A stretch of DNA of 47,638 nucleotides, from positions 1 through 47,638 of the forward strand of contig CASFLC010000082.1 in assembly GCA_949295475.1 (NCBI GenBank), written 5' to 3'. The stretch's first letter is position 1, and each line of letters starts with the position of its first letter. Of the stretch, positions 1 to 8,950 are shown in pieces. This stretch comes from an uncultured Pseudomonadota bacterium. Its GTDB lineage: Bacteria > Pseudomonadota > Alphaproteobacteria > RF32 > CAG-239. Under the pieces are notes generated by a model. The model was not told where the DNA came from, searched no databases, and saw only the letters and a list, made by a program, of their open reading frames with translations. The position numbers and the translations under genes are program-made.

Positions 1-239
1 AACGCAAAGTTTTCGGGAGTTTCCTCAGGCGGAGTCGCCGAACAGGAACGAACGACAATGGAAAAACTTCCGAATTTGACTTCACCGTTAACGGGAACGT
101 CTATTTCGCTGACTTTTCCCGTAATCTTATCCATAGCCTGCATATGCGCGGTATTAAACTCGACATTGGCAGACAGAGCCGGAAGAGGTGCCAGCAACGT
201 GCACAGCGCCGTCGTTACCGCCAAACTATTTATTTTCAT
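1..239 (-). CDS. DUF2155-like secreted protein, N-terminal part; the gene runs off the left edge
   Basis: There is a minus-strand ATG at about 239 that overlaps the stop of the upstream MCE gene. My translation is MKINSLAVTTALCTLLAPLPALSANVEFNTAHMQAMDKITGKVSEIDVPVNGEVKFGSFSIVVRSCSATPPEETPENFA. It shows a signal peptide and the DKITG...C..PPEE pattern I associate with DUF2155, which neighbours mlaD in Alphaproteobacteria. It is truncated, so it is absent from the ORF track. Confidence 0.55.
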   Translation of the reverse strand, partial: MKINSLAVTTALCTLLAPLPALSANVEFNTAHMQAMDKITGKVSEIDVPVNGEVKFGSFSIVVRSCSATPPEETPENFA

Positions 240-693
240 TTGAGCCATCATCCGTCACCATAAAGATAATTTCGCCGACCATGTCTTCCAAAGTTTTAAA
301 ATCTTTGGTATTCGGCATTGTATCACCGTCAGCCAGAAGTTCTTTGGAATGCCCCGGCTCGATTTTAATAAATTTATCACCGACCAGACCGTCTCCGACA
401 ATGGAAACGACGCTGTCTTTGGGCAGCTTGACGTCTGAAGAAATACTCATTCTGACATCGGCGGTATAATCGACCGGATCCAAATTCTGACCGATAACCG
501 TACCGACCTTAATGCCGTTGATGCGAACGTCGGAACCGACCGTCAACCCGCCGACCTTTAAGAACCTGGCGGTAACGGTATATCCTTTGACAACCTGCAA
601 ATCCGAAGCGTTATACGCAAAATAAGCAAAAAAAGCGGCTACGGCGATAACGACAATCCCCATAATTGTTTCAACTGGTCTCTTATTCATCAA
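226..693 (-). CDS. mlaD: MCE/MlaD-family lipid-transport periplasmic protein (single N-terminal TM anchor plus MCE domain)
   Basis: 155-aa ORF. It has an N-terminal TM segment (IMGIVVIAVAAFFAYFAY) and then an MCE-domain pattern: GLTVGSDVRINGIKVGTV, a DV.LP.DS..SI segment, and GLVGDKFIKIEPG. Confidence 0.8.
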   Translation of the reverse strand: MMNKRPVETIMGIVVIAVAAFFAYFAYNASDLQVVKGYTVTARFLKVGGLTVGSDVRINGIKVGTVIGQNLDPVDYTADVRMSISSDVKLPKDSVVSIVGDGLVGDKFIKIEPGHSKELLADGDTMPNTKDFKTLEDMVGEIIFMVTDDGSNENK

Positions 694-714
694 TAATCTC
701 CTAAAGTTTCTTGT

Positions 715-1233
715 TTATTGCGCAGGCTCGTTCTCTGCCTGAATATTCTTTTTTCGATTGGCCTTGCCGATTCCGACGATACGGTCCAGCAGTTCTTCAA
801 GCACCATGGCATCCTGAGTGTAAGCAAATTCGCCGCCTTTGGGCAGCATGTCCATTGAGCCGCCCGGCTCAATTTCAATATATTTCGGTCCCATCAGACC
901 GGAACTGACAATGGACGCGCTGCTGTCGTCGGGCAATTCAATGCCGTCTTTGATTTCCAACGTCAAAATAGCTTTAAAATCTTTATCCAACTGCGCGTCA
1001 ACGACTTTTCCGACGTCGACGCCGGCCAGTCTGACGACATCCCCGACCAACAGGCCGTCGGTACGGTTAAAACGGGCGTTCAAAGGATAATAACTGCCTC
1101 CGTCAACATGAGAAACGCTTTTCCGGGCCGTTATAAAAAAGAAAACGACAAGAACTATCGCCAAAGCCACCCACAGGCCGACTTTCAGATATTTTTCCTC
1201 GTCTCTGGTATAAACATCCTGTATCATGTCCAC
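715..1233 (-). CDS. Second MCE/MlaD-family protein, a tandem paralog
   Basis: 172-aa ORF with the same architecture: TM segment (VGLWVALAIVLVVFFFI), GLLVGDVVRLAGVDVGKV, LPDDSSASIVSSGLMGPKYIEIEPG. It sits 21 nt upstream of the first MCE gene. Confidence 0.75.
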   Translation of the reverse strand: MDMIQDVYTRDEEKYLKVGLWVALAIVLVVFFFITARKSVSHVDGGSYYPLNARFNRTDGLLVGDVVRLAGVDVGKVVDAQLDKDFKAILTLEIKDGIELPDDSSASIVSSGLMGPKYIEIEPGGSMDMLPKGGEFAYTQDAMVLEELLDRIVGIGKANRKKNIQAENEPAQ

Positions 1234-1364
1234 TCCAATCTGCTAACTGAATTTATTATATAAATAATGTAAAATAAATATTTTGTCACCAATGATTTTG
1301 AAAAATGAAAATAATTGTTAAAATTTAAAATTTATTTGATAAACTGTAAATCAGGTTAAATTAA

Positions 1365-2108
1365 GTGGATAATTTTATGCTTTTGGTTCAAAATCTGTCA
1401 AAATCGTTCGGAAACATCAGAGCCGTGGACAATGTCAGCTTCTGCCTCAACAACGGTGAAGTAACGGCTCTTTTGGGACCGAACGGCGCCGGAAAAACGA
1501 CCCTGATGCGGTTGATAACAGGGTTTTACGGTGCGGATTCCGGGGATATCCGCATTGACGGCTGCGATATCAACACCGCCAGAACCAATGCGCTGTCTAA
1601 ATTGTCCTACGTTCCCGAAACCGGCGCGTTGTATAATGACATGACCGTTTACGAATACCTCAAATTTATGGCCGGCCTCCGCAACATGGACGAGCAGGGA
1701 TTTGTTGATAACCTGGTTTATTTGTCCCGGCAGTTGGAGCTATCCGGCGTAATCAATCAAAGATGCGAAACGCTTTCAAAAGGGTTTAAACGACGGACGG
1801 CTTTGGCCGGAGCGTTAATTCATCGGCCGAAGCTGTTGATTCTTGACGAACCGACCGAAGGACTAGATCCTAATCAAAAATTTTCAATCCGCCGTTTTAT
1901 CCGCGAGTACGGGCGGCGCAATACGGTAATTATTTCAACCCATATTATGGAAGAAGTCGAAGCCATGGCCGACCGGGTCATCCTGCTCAATCACGGAAAG
2001 CTGGTTCGCGACACGTCGCCGCAGGAATTAAAATTGCTGACCCCGGATCATAATATTGAAACGGCATTTCGTTCGGTTACGGAAGAGGGAAGCGGAGCGG
2101 CGCAATGA
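1365..2108 (+). CDS. ABC transporter ATP-binding protein (GldA-like, ABC-2 type)
   Basis: Walker A GPNGAGKTT, signature LSKGFKRR, Walker B LLILDEPT. The track start at 1365 is a GTG; the ATG at 1377 (MLLVQNLSKSFG) is the more likely start. It overlaps the downstream permease by 4 nt. Confidence 0.9.
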   Translation: MDNFMLLVQNLSKSFGNIRAVDNVSFCLNNGEVTALLGPNGAGKTTLMRLITGFYGADSGDIRIDGCDINTARTNALSKLSYVPETGALYNDMTVYEYLKFMAGLRNMDEQGFVDNLVYLSRQLELSGVINQRCETLSKGFKRRTALAGALIHRPKLLILDEPTEGLDPNQKFSIRRFIREYGRRNTVIISTHIMEEVEAMADRVILLNHGKLVRDTSPQELKLLTPDHNIETAFRSVTEEGSGAAQ

Positions 2109-2836
2109 CAAGAAACGTTTTTAATATTTTCTGCAAAGAATTCGGTTCTTATTTCAGAAGCGGGATGGCGTATTTTATGCTGATGATATACGCGGTTTTA
2201 TCCATGGTTGCCGCTTTTTTCGGCGGATATTACTTTCAGCTGTCCAATTACAACCTGTTCTCGTTCTTTTATTTTCAGCCGGAGGTTTTTACCTTGCTCA
2301 TTCCGGCGCTGACCATGAAACTGTGGGCGGATGAAAGACGGTACGGCACTTTGGAATTGCTGCTGAGCCAGCCTTTGGGATATACCGAACTTGTTGCCGG
2401 AAAATTTTTGGCCGCCTGGGGCTTTTGCCTGCTGATGCTTCTGGCAAGCGTGCCCTTATGGATGACGACGGCTCAATATATGACTTTGGACAATCAGAAT
2501 ATCTTGTTCAGTTATTTTTCCTGCCTGCTCGCCGCGGGAGCCTTGTGCGCGGTCGGCTGCACCGTATCGTCTTTCAGTGCCAACCCGGTCACGGCGTATA
2601 TAGCGGCACTGGCCGTTTGCCTGCTCTTAAAAGTCGTTAATTTTGATTTTATCTTAAAATCGGCGGCATCCGGCAGCGATTTGTTTATCAGAATTTCACA
2701 CTCTTTAAATTTTGATTCTCACTTTGCGTCTATGATATCCGGACAAATCAACGCCGGAAGCATTGCTTATTTCATCATACTGACACTGCTGGGGCTGTGG
2801 CTGAATGTTGTCAGCATCGGTTACAAAAGGAGTTAG
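2105..2836 (+). CDS. ABC-2 family permease (GldF-like)
   Basis: 243-aa polytopic hydrophobic ORF whose start overlaps the stop of the ATPase gene. The ABC-GldF-GldG gene order is conserved here. Confidence 0.85.
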   Translation: MTRNVFNIFCKEFGSYFRSGMAYFMLMIYAVLSMVAAFFGGYYFQLSNYNLFSFFYFQPEVFTLLIPALTMKLWADERRYGTLELLLSQPLGYTELVAGKFLAAWGFCLLMLLASVPLWMTTAQYMTLDNQNILFSYFSCLLAAGALCAVGCTVSSFSANPVTAYIAALAVCLLLKVVNFDFILKSAASGSDLFIRISHSLNFDSHFASMISGQINAGSIAYFIILTLLGLWLNVVSIGYKRS

Positions 2837-2840
2837 CCTG

Positions 2841-4739
2841 ATGAAAAAGCTTCTTTTTAACAAAAATACCGTTTTGGCGCTGTTCTGTATCATGCTTGTC
2901 ATAAGTTTTGTTTCCCTGACTGTCGGCTCAACGCTGCTCGGCGGCGGATATCCTGTGGATGTAACCTCGGACAAAAGGTTTACCCTGTCGCAACCGACGC
3001 TGAATCTGTTAAAAGACAACCGTTCGGACATTTTTATCCGGTTCTATGTTTCCGAAGGGCTTGAAAATGATTATCCTTCCGTAGGACAATATGCGCGTTA
3101 CGTTTCTGGTTTTCTGGAGCAATATAAATTGCACGCCGATAATCGTATCAGTCTGGAAATTGTAAGCGTCCGTCCGTACGAGCGTTCGGAAACCGATGCC
3201 AAAAAGCAAGGCATCAGGGGCTTTTTGGATGCTTCGGGACAGCACAATCTGTACTTCGGAGCCGTTTTCAGCAACGAGTCCGGAGACGTCTACGCCATTC
3301 CGTATTTTGAACCGGGACGGCAAAGCTATCTGGAGCACGACATAACCCGTCTGCTGAGCAAATTAAGCCGACCGTACATGCCCAAAAACATCGGGATAAT
3401 ATCGCCGTCGCTGGATATCAGCCGGCATGGCGACCGCCTGGATTACAATGCCGACTGGCCGATTGTCCGCATGCTGCGGCAGGATTACACCGTAGATACG
3501 CTGCCGGCCGGCAATGTATCTATTCCCATGAAATATGACGCTCTTCTGGTGGTCAACCCGTTAAGCCTGACCAATTTGGGCTTATATGCACTTGACCAGT
3601 ACCTGTTGCGCGGCGGCAAAGTCATTTTGTTTTTGGATCCGTTCTGGGAGAGCTATTTAAGCATAAAAAAATACATAACCAATCCTGAAACACCTTTCCC
3701 GCAGTTTTTGGCCAATTACGGAGTAGGGTACACGCCGTGGAAAATTGCCGGCGACGTGTCGCAAAGCCGCAATACGCTCATCGGCAGCGAGTCGGACGCC
3801 AAAATGCTTGATTACCCGATTTGGCTGGATTTGCAGCCGGGATCTATAAATCCGCAACATCCCGTCACCGGCGGAATAAACAACATTCGCCTGAACTCTT
3901 CCGGATATTTTGACACCGGCGCGGTAACCAGTGCGGACATTACGCCGCTGCTGACGACCTCGCCGCAGGGTGGCACCATCAGTGCCGACATTGCCCAATA
4001 TTCTTCCAAATCGACCGTGCGCGAAAACTACAAAACCGACAATCAAAGCTACCGTCTGGCCGTTTTGCTGGAAGGGCGTTTTCCTTCGTTTTACAAAAAA
4101 AGCCCGCTGGAAGGCACTTCCTATGCCTATCGTATTCCGCCATATCTTTCCGTTTCGGTTAAAGAAGGCAAACTGCTGCTGATCGGCGATGCCGACATTT
4201 TGCATTCCGGCACCTGGAACGGCGCGGATGATTTCAAAGGCGCCACTCCTTATGATTTTGTGCCTGTTAACGGGAACGCCGAATTTATTGAAAAAGCCGT
4301 TGACTTCATGAGCGGCAATACCTCTCTGATTTCCCTGCCGGGAAAAAGATTTCTTAATTCAGGGCACGGTATGGAAGAACTGATTGCCGAAAAAATAACG
4401 GCCGAATATCAGGCGGAATTGTCTTCATACGAAAACGGCATGCAGAAAGCGCGGCTGGAACAGGAAATGCTCAAACGCCGGATTGCCGATAAAGAGCTTT
4501 TCCCGTCCGTTGCCGTTATTAAACAAATGGAAAGATTGCAGCGGGACTATTTGAGTGCGCAGGAACGACTGAAAGCTCTGCAATATAAAATCAGCGAGCA
4601 GATAAAGCACGAAAAATACGCAATTATGCTTCTAAACGCCGTAGTTTGGCCCGGATTGCTTACGCTGTTTCTTTTTTTGGTCACCGTCGCCTTCCGCAAA
4701 CAGGAAGCCGGACGGGCCGCGGAGTATACGCATGAATAA
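2841..4739 (+). CDS. GldG-like ABC-transporter auxiliary protein
   Basis: N-terminal and C-terminal TM anchors flank a large extracytoplasmic domain. It occupies the position after the ABC-2 permease. I prefer the ATG at 2841, which is preceded by AAAGGAG at about 2826-2832; the track start at 2805 lies inside the permease gene. Confidence 0.8.
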   Translation: MKKLLFNKNTVLALFCIMLVISFVSLTVGSTLLGGGYPVDVTSDKRFTLSQPTLNLLKDNRSDIFIRFYVSEGLENDYPSVGQYARYVSGFLEQYKLHADNRISLEIVSVRPYERSETDAKKQGIRGFLDASGQHNLYFGAVFSNESGDVYAIPYFEPGRQSYLEHDITRLLSKLSRPYMPKNIGIISPSLDISRHGDRLDYNADWPIVRMLRQDYTVDTLPAGNVSIPMKYDALLVVNPLSLTNLGLYALDQYLLRGGKVILFLDPFWESYLSIKKYITNPETPFPQFLANYGVGYTPWKIAGDVSQSRNTLIGSESDAKMLDYPIWLDLQPGSINPQHPVTGGINNIRLNSSGYFDTGAVTSADITPLLTTSPQGGTISADIAQYSSKSTVRENYKTDNQSYRLAVLLEGRFPSFYKKSPLEGTSYAYRIPPYLSVSVKEGKLLLIGDADILHSGTWNGADDFKGATPYDFVPVNGNAEFIEKAVDFMSGNTSLISLPGKRFLNSGHGMEELIAEKITAEYQAELSSYENGMQKARLEQEMLKRRIADKELFPSVAVIKQMERLQRDYLSAQERLKALQYKISEQIKHEKYAIMLLNAVVWPGLLTLFLFLVTVAFRKQEAGRAAEYTHE

Positions 4740-5718
4740 AAATATTCTGAAATACGGTTTGTTTTTAATGCTTTTTTCACTGGCCTTTGCCGGTCTGGCA
4801 ATAACCGTAAGCAATTTTTATCACCCGCAGCAGAACCGGGGGCGTCTGGTTTTTCCCAATACGGTGGAAGAGGGACTTGACTTAAACAAAATCATCATCA
4901 CAGGGGCAGAGGGCCGTATCAGTCTGCGCCTTGAAAGCAACTACTGGGTTGTCGGAGAAGCCGATTTTTATTATGCCGGCCTGGAGCGTTTGAATGATTT
5001 GTTTAACAATCTGAACAACGCCGCTTATTATCATCAGCAGCCCTTCTCGGAAATAGCCCTTCTGGAAGACCGTTTGGCCGATCCCGGAAAAAACCGGAAT
5101 AAAGAAGAAGCCGGCGTTTTGGTGGAAACTTTCAGCAACGAAAAGCCTCTGGAAAAAATAATTATCGGCAAAAGCGTGTCGTCCGGTGCATACAGTTTTG
5201 CCCGTCCGGCCGAAAAAGATGAAATCTGGCTGATTGACGGGCGGTATGATCTGCCGCAGGAGCCTTCCGCCTGGCTGATGCAGCCTATACTGAACTATCC
5301 TCCTGAAATAACAGAAAAAATCTTTTTGCAAGATGCTAAGGGAAAACAAAATGCTTCCCGGCAAACGCGTTATATGCCTTTTGTCAACCATGAAAAAAAC
5401 ATTGTAAAACCGGATGTTCTCCTTGAAAAGCTGGACTTTTTAATTGCCAACGACGTTTTGTCCGCCCAAAATTTCGACGAAAGCTTATATCCGAAACGCC
5501 GGACGATTAAATTGACCGCTTTTAACGGACTGGTAACGACTGTCGACTTGTTTCACAACGACAAAGAATTCTGGATTTATATAAAATTATCAACCACAAA
5601 CCTTCCAACCGCAACAGTCAATGCTTATATTAAGGATAATTCTTTCCTGTATGAGGGCTGGTTCTTCAAAATTCCCGTTTCTGCAGGAAGAACTTTGGCA
5701 AATTATCAATTGATTTAA
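4732..5718 (+). CDS. DUF4340-like membrane-anchored protein
   Basis: 328-aa ORF with an N-terminal TM segment (LFLMLFSLAFAGLAITV). Its start overlaps the GldG-like stop by 8 nt. DUF4340 proteins habitually follow GldG homologs. The family call rests on context plus general resemblance. Confidence 0.6.
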   Translation: MNKNILKYGLFLMLFSLAFAGLAITVSNFYHPQQNRGRLVFPNTVEEGLDLNKIIITGAEGRISLRLESNYWVVGEADFYYAGLERLNDLFNNLNNAAYYHQQPFSEIALLEDRLADPGKNRNKEEAGVLVETFSNEKPLEKIIIGKSVSSGAYSFARPAEKDEIWLIDGRYDLPQEPSAWLMQPILNYPPEITEKIFLQDAKGKQNASRQTRYMPFVNHEKNIVKPDVLLEKLDFLIANDVLSAQNFDESLYPKRRTIKLTAFNGLVTTVDLFHNDKEFWIYIKLSTTNLPTATVNAYIKDNSFLYEGWFFKIPVSAGRTLANYQLI

Positions 5719-5731
5719 ATAAAGCGGATTT

Positions 5732-7144
5732 ATGACCCAGACAGAAAAATTGTTGCAAGCGCTGCTGAACTGTTCTGCCGACGCTTTTATGGCGGCAGAA
5801 GCCGGTGGACGCGTTGTTTACGCATCGTCCGGAGCGGAAAAATTGTTTCGGACAAACCGTCCGGCCGAAAGAAATCTGCTAAATCTCTTTGAAGAAGAAA
5901 GTGCGGAAACTTTGTTCAAAACCATACGCAATGTTTTGTTTCAAAATTATCCTAAAATCATGGAATTAAAAATCAAAAACCGCATTTATAATGTTTCCGT
6001 AACCCCGTTTGATGATAAAATTTTGCTCTGTTTTCAAGACATCAGCCCGGAAAAGGATTTGCTTTGCCGGCTGTCCCGAAACGCCGGTCGGACGGAATTT
6101 GCCGAGCACATCGCCAAACTGGGATACTGGGAACTTGACATAAAGAACAAAACTTTCTTCTGGTCGGCGGAAATGTTTCGCATTTTTGACGCAAATCCAC
6201 AAAACGTTTCATCAAAGCATAATCTAATTCGGGAGCGTGTCTTTCCGGAGGATCTGCCGCTTTACAAAAAGCAACTTGCCCTGCTGTTGAAAAAAAAGCG
6301 TCCGGTTGAAGGGCAAATTCGTTTAAAGCGCCGGGGCGGCGTCATGTACTGCCTGTTCAAAGCAGCGTTACGATATGAGGGACAAAAAGAAATTATCGCC
6401 GGAACTTTTCAGGATATCAGCACTTGGATAGAAATTCAGCATGCGTTGGAAAAAGCCAGGCGCCATGCCGAAGATTTGAGCTTGGAAAAATCCTCTTTTC
6501 TTGCCCGGGCCAGCCATGATTTAAGACAGCCGATGCAAACCTTAAACATGTTTATCGCGGCATTGGATATGGAAAAAATGCCTCGAACACAAAAAAATAT
6601 TCTGTCCAAAATAGAACAATCGGCTGCCGGTCTCAAAGCATTGCTGGACAACCTGCTGGATATTTCAAAACTAGATGCCGGCGGCGTGGATTATCGTCCC
6701 AAAACTTTTGATTTGTCCGAACTTCTCGAAAAAATATGCCAGGAATATCACTTTTTGCTGAAAGAACGCCGTCTGACGCTCAACTGCAGTTTTTCCGCAG
6801 GCATAATCATCAGATCCGACCCGTTGCTGATAGAACGGGTAATTCGCAATTTGCTGAGCAATGCGCTGAAATTTGCGTCGTCTCGCATTAAACTGAGTTG
6901 CCGCCGGCATCATAACCGGATAACCCTGAGAGTAATTGATGACGGGATTGGTATATCTTCGGAAGATATGCCCTATATATTCGATGAATTTTATCAGAGT
7001 CGCGATATTTCCTCCAACCGGAGAGAAGGAACGGGACTGGGACTTAATATTGTCAAAAAAATTTCCGGACTTCTTAACGGAAAAATAAGTGTGCGCTCGA
7101 CACCCGGAAAATACACGGTCTTTAGCTTCACCTTCAAATATTAA
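5732..7144 (+). CDS. Cytoplasmic PAS-domain sensor histidine kinase with no adjacent response regulator
   Basis: H-box ASHDLRQPMQTL, N-box NLLSNALKF, G-boxes DDGIGI and GTGLGL. There are two PAS-like segments upstream and no TM segment. Confidence 0.85.
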   Translation: MTQTEKLLQALLNCSADAFMAAEAGGRVVYASSGAEKLFRTNRPAERNLLNLFEEESAETLFKTIRNVLFQNYPKIMELKIKNRIYNVSVTPFDDKILLCFQDISPEKDLLCRLSRNAGRTEFAEHIAKLGYWELDIKNKTFFWSAEMFRIFDANPQNVSSKHNLIRERVFPEDLPLYKKQLALLLKKKRPVEGQIRLKRRGGVMYCLFKAALRYEGQKEIIAGTFQDISTWIEIQHALEKARRHAEDLSLEKSSFLARASHDLRQPMQTLNMFIAALDMEKMPRTQKNILSKIEQSAAGLKALLDNLLDISKLDAGGVDYRPKTFDLSELLEKICQEYHFLLKERRLTLNCSFSAGIIIRSDPLLIERVIRNLLSNALKFASSRIKLSCRRHHNRITLRVIDDGIGISSEDMPYIFDEFYQSRDISSNRREGTGLGLNIVKKISGLLNGKISVRSTPGKYTVFSFTFKY

Positions 7145-7202
7145 GCAATCCGCGGAATATAATATTTCAAGATACAAAATTCCGTTTTTATAAAAAAAAG
7201 TG

Positions 7203-7231
7203 TTGCAAAAAAAATCAACTGAGTCTATATT
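7203..7231 (+). promoter_or_regulatory. Candidate sigma70 promoter for tRNA-Lys
   Basis: TTGCAA, a 17-nt spacer, then TATATT, ending about 36 nt upstream of the tRNA 5' end. Confidence 0.35.
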
Positions 7232-7267
7232 CCGCTTGTTGCCGCAATAAAGGCGGCGGATTCACAT

Positions 7268-7344
7268 GGGTGCGTAGCTCAGTTGGCTAGAGCAACTGAC
7301 TCTTAATCAGTGGGTCCAGGGTTCGAATCCCTGCGCGCCTACCA
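7268..7344 (+). tRNA. tRNA-Lys (anticodon CUU), with CCA encoded
   Basis: I folded the cloverleaf by hand. Acceptor GGGTGCG/CGCGCCT, D arm GCTC-AGTTGGCTA-GAGC, anticodon arm ACTGA-CTCTTAA-TCAGT (loop C-U-CUU-A-A), T arm CAGGG-TTCGAAT-CCCTG, then A-CCA. Confidence 0.9.
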
Positions 7345-7352
7345 GTAAATTT

Positions 7353-7390
7353 AAGGATTTAGATGAATAATCTAAATCCTTTCTTTTTTC
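7353..7390 (+). terminator. Rho-independent terminator after tRNA-Lys
   Basis: Perfect 11-bp stem AAGGATTTAGA / TCTAAATCCTT with a 7-nt loop, followed by a T-rich run. Confidence 0.6.
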
Positions 7391-7428
7391 AGATAGCATG
7401 TGTTCTGCTTTTATTTTAGGAGAGATGG

Positions 7429-7920
7429 ATGAATAATATCAGAAAAGCTAATATTGATGATGCTTTAATCATCACAGAAATTAGCATTGACACATGGAAA
7501 AAAGCTTATGAGGGGCTGTTGCCGCAGGAATTATTAGCAAACAGAAAAGTTGATGAAACCAGAATCAACTGCTGGAAAGAGAATATATTAAACACAGATT
7601 ATACCGTTTTAGTTTATGAAGACAAACAAGTTTGCGGCTATTTGTGGGGTGGAAAAAAAAGAGACGATATAGATATACCCTATGAAATATACGCTATATA
7701 TGTCACCCCGGAATATCAAAGAGCCGGTATCGGACAAGCCCTCATAAAGGAATATAAAAAACAGATAAACAATCAACCTTTTTATTTATATATGTTAAAA
7801 GGCAATGTTGCTGCTTCTGCTTTTTACAAAAAAATGGGCGGAAAAGAAAACACATGTTACAATAGAAAACTTTCGATTGGCAAATATAATATTGAAGAGG
7901 AAATTTATATTTTTGAGTAA
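7429..7920 (+). CDS. GNAT-family N-acetyltransferase on an AT-rich cassette
   Basis: 163-aa ORF with GNAT motif A (YQRAGIGQALI) and a characteristic beta-strand pattern (VLVYEDKQVCGYLW). It is visibly more AT-rich than its neighbours. Confidence 0.85.
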   Translation: MNNIRKANIDDALIITEISIDTWKKAYEGLLPQELLANRKVDETRINCWKENILNTDYTVLVYEDKQVCGYLWGGKKRDDIDIPYEIYAIYVTPEYQRAGIGQALIKEYKKQINNQPFYLYMLKGNVAASAFYKKMGGKENTCYNRKLSIGKYNIEEEIYIFE

Positions 7921-8014
7921 CGATAATATGATAAAAGACGTAAAAAAAGATGAAATTATTTATTATCAATACCTTAATTATTTTATATCTTTCCGCAATG
8001 CACTACCGTTATCT

Positions 8015-8047
8015 CCGGGACGGATTTATTCTGTACCCGGTTTTTTA
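8015..8047 (+). terminator. Candidate terminator closing the GNAT cassette
   Basis: CCGGGAC ... GT(A)CCCGG stem with one bulge, followed by TTTTTT. Confidence 0.4.
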
Positions 8048-8090
8048 TTGGCCGAAAGGGATTTTCTTCCCAACAGGTTTCAGGAAAAGA

Positions 8091-8119
8091 TTGCCAAATA
8101 TTTTTAATCGGGCTATAAA
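8091..8119 (+). promoter_or_regulatory. Candidate sigma70 promoter for the 8164 gene
   Basis: TTGCCA, a 17-nt spacer, then TATAAA. A second TATAAT-like box lies at about 8126. Confidence 0.3.
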
Positions 8120-8163
8120 TAACACTATAATTTTTATCACCAACAACTAACGGAGAAAGCCTT

Positions 8164-8937
8164 ATGAAGAAAAAATACATATTTCTCGGCGCCTTGGTGA
8201 TTATCATCGGCGCTGCTTATTATCTGACACCGTCTTTGGAAAGCATTGTCAAAACTCTGGTGAACAAATACGGCTCCGAAATTACCGGAACCGAAGTAAA
8301 ACTGGAGGGATTCAATCTTTCTCTGACCAACGGGGAAGGCTCCATCAGCGGACTTACCGTTGCCAATCCCAAAAACTACAAAAGCCCGTACATCATCAGT
8401 CTGGGCGGCGTCAGCGTCAAAGTAGACCTGAAGAGTCTAACGACCGATACGATTATCATCAATGAAATCAAGGTCGACAAACCGGTCATTACTTACGAAA
8501 TGCTCTCGCTGACGCAAAACAACATCAAACAGCTGCTGGATAACATTAATAAAAATACGGCTTCTGCCGAGAAAAGCGAAGCCGATGCGGCCAAAGCCGA
8601 AACAAACGACAAGGCTGCCGGCAAAAAGGTTGTTATCAAACTGGTCAGCATCAACGAAGGCGAGTTGCAGGCCGTAACGCCGCTGCAAAGCGAAAAATCG
8701 TCTCTGGACGTCAAATTGCCGTCCATTCAGCTGAAAGATATCGGCGCTGATAAAAAAGAAGGTGAAAGCATTGCCGGATCAATTTCAAAAATTTTGAGCA
8801 AAATTTTGAACACCGCCTCGCAAACAGTCGTCAAAAGCGGCCTTGGCGATTTGAAAAACGTCGCACAGGAAAGCATGGACAGTGTTGTCGGCGGAGTTAA
8901 AGACAAGGTAAAAAATCTGGGAATATTCGGAAAATAG
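8164..8937 (+). CDS. Membrane-anchored hypothetical protein with an AsmA/DUF748-like N-terminal fold pattern
   Basis: 257-aa ORF. It has an N-terminal TM segment and repeated beta-strand modules (VKLEGFNLSLTNGEGSISGLTVANP, VSVKVDLKSL, INEIKVDKPVITYE). A strong terminator follows. The functional family is only a resemblance. Confidence 0.6.
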   Translation: MKKKYIFLGALVIIIGAAYYLTPSLESIVKTLVNKYGSEITGTEVKLEGFNLSLTNGEGSISGLTVANPKNYKSPYIISLGGVSVKVDLKSLTTDTIIINEIKVDKPVITYEMLSLTQNNIKQLLDNINKNTASAEKSEADAAKAETNDKAAGKKVVIKLVSINEGELQAVTPLQSEKSSLDVKLPSIQLKDIGADKKEGESIAGSISKILSKILNTASQTVVKSGLGDLKNVAQESMDSVVGGVKDKVKNLGIFGK

Positions 8938-8950
8938 ATTTTTCAATCTG

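Noticed and set aside
58-469. Plus-strand ORFs 58-243 and 188-469
   Set aside because: They are antisense to the DUF2155 fragment and the first MCE gene, and their composition is not protein-like.
6280-7650. A8 homopolymer tracts inside the histidine kinase gene (~6287) and the GNAT gene (~7645), and T7/A7 tracts in the GT17 gene (~38916), as phase-variation slippage sites
   Set aside because: Tracts of this length encode ordinary Lys/Phe runs and are expected by chance in moderately AT-rich DNA. None lies near a 5' end in a way typical of contingency loci.
7268-8160. tRNA-Lys-linked genomic island or integrative element
   Set aside because: I saw no integrase, no excisionase and no direct repeat of the tRNA 3' end downstream. 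Only the compositional islet is reported, as a finding.
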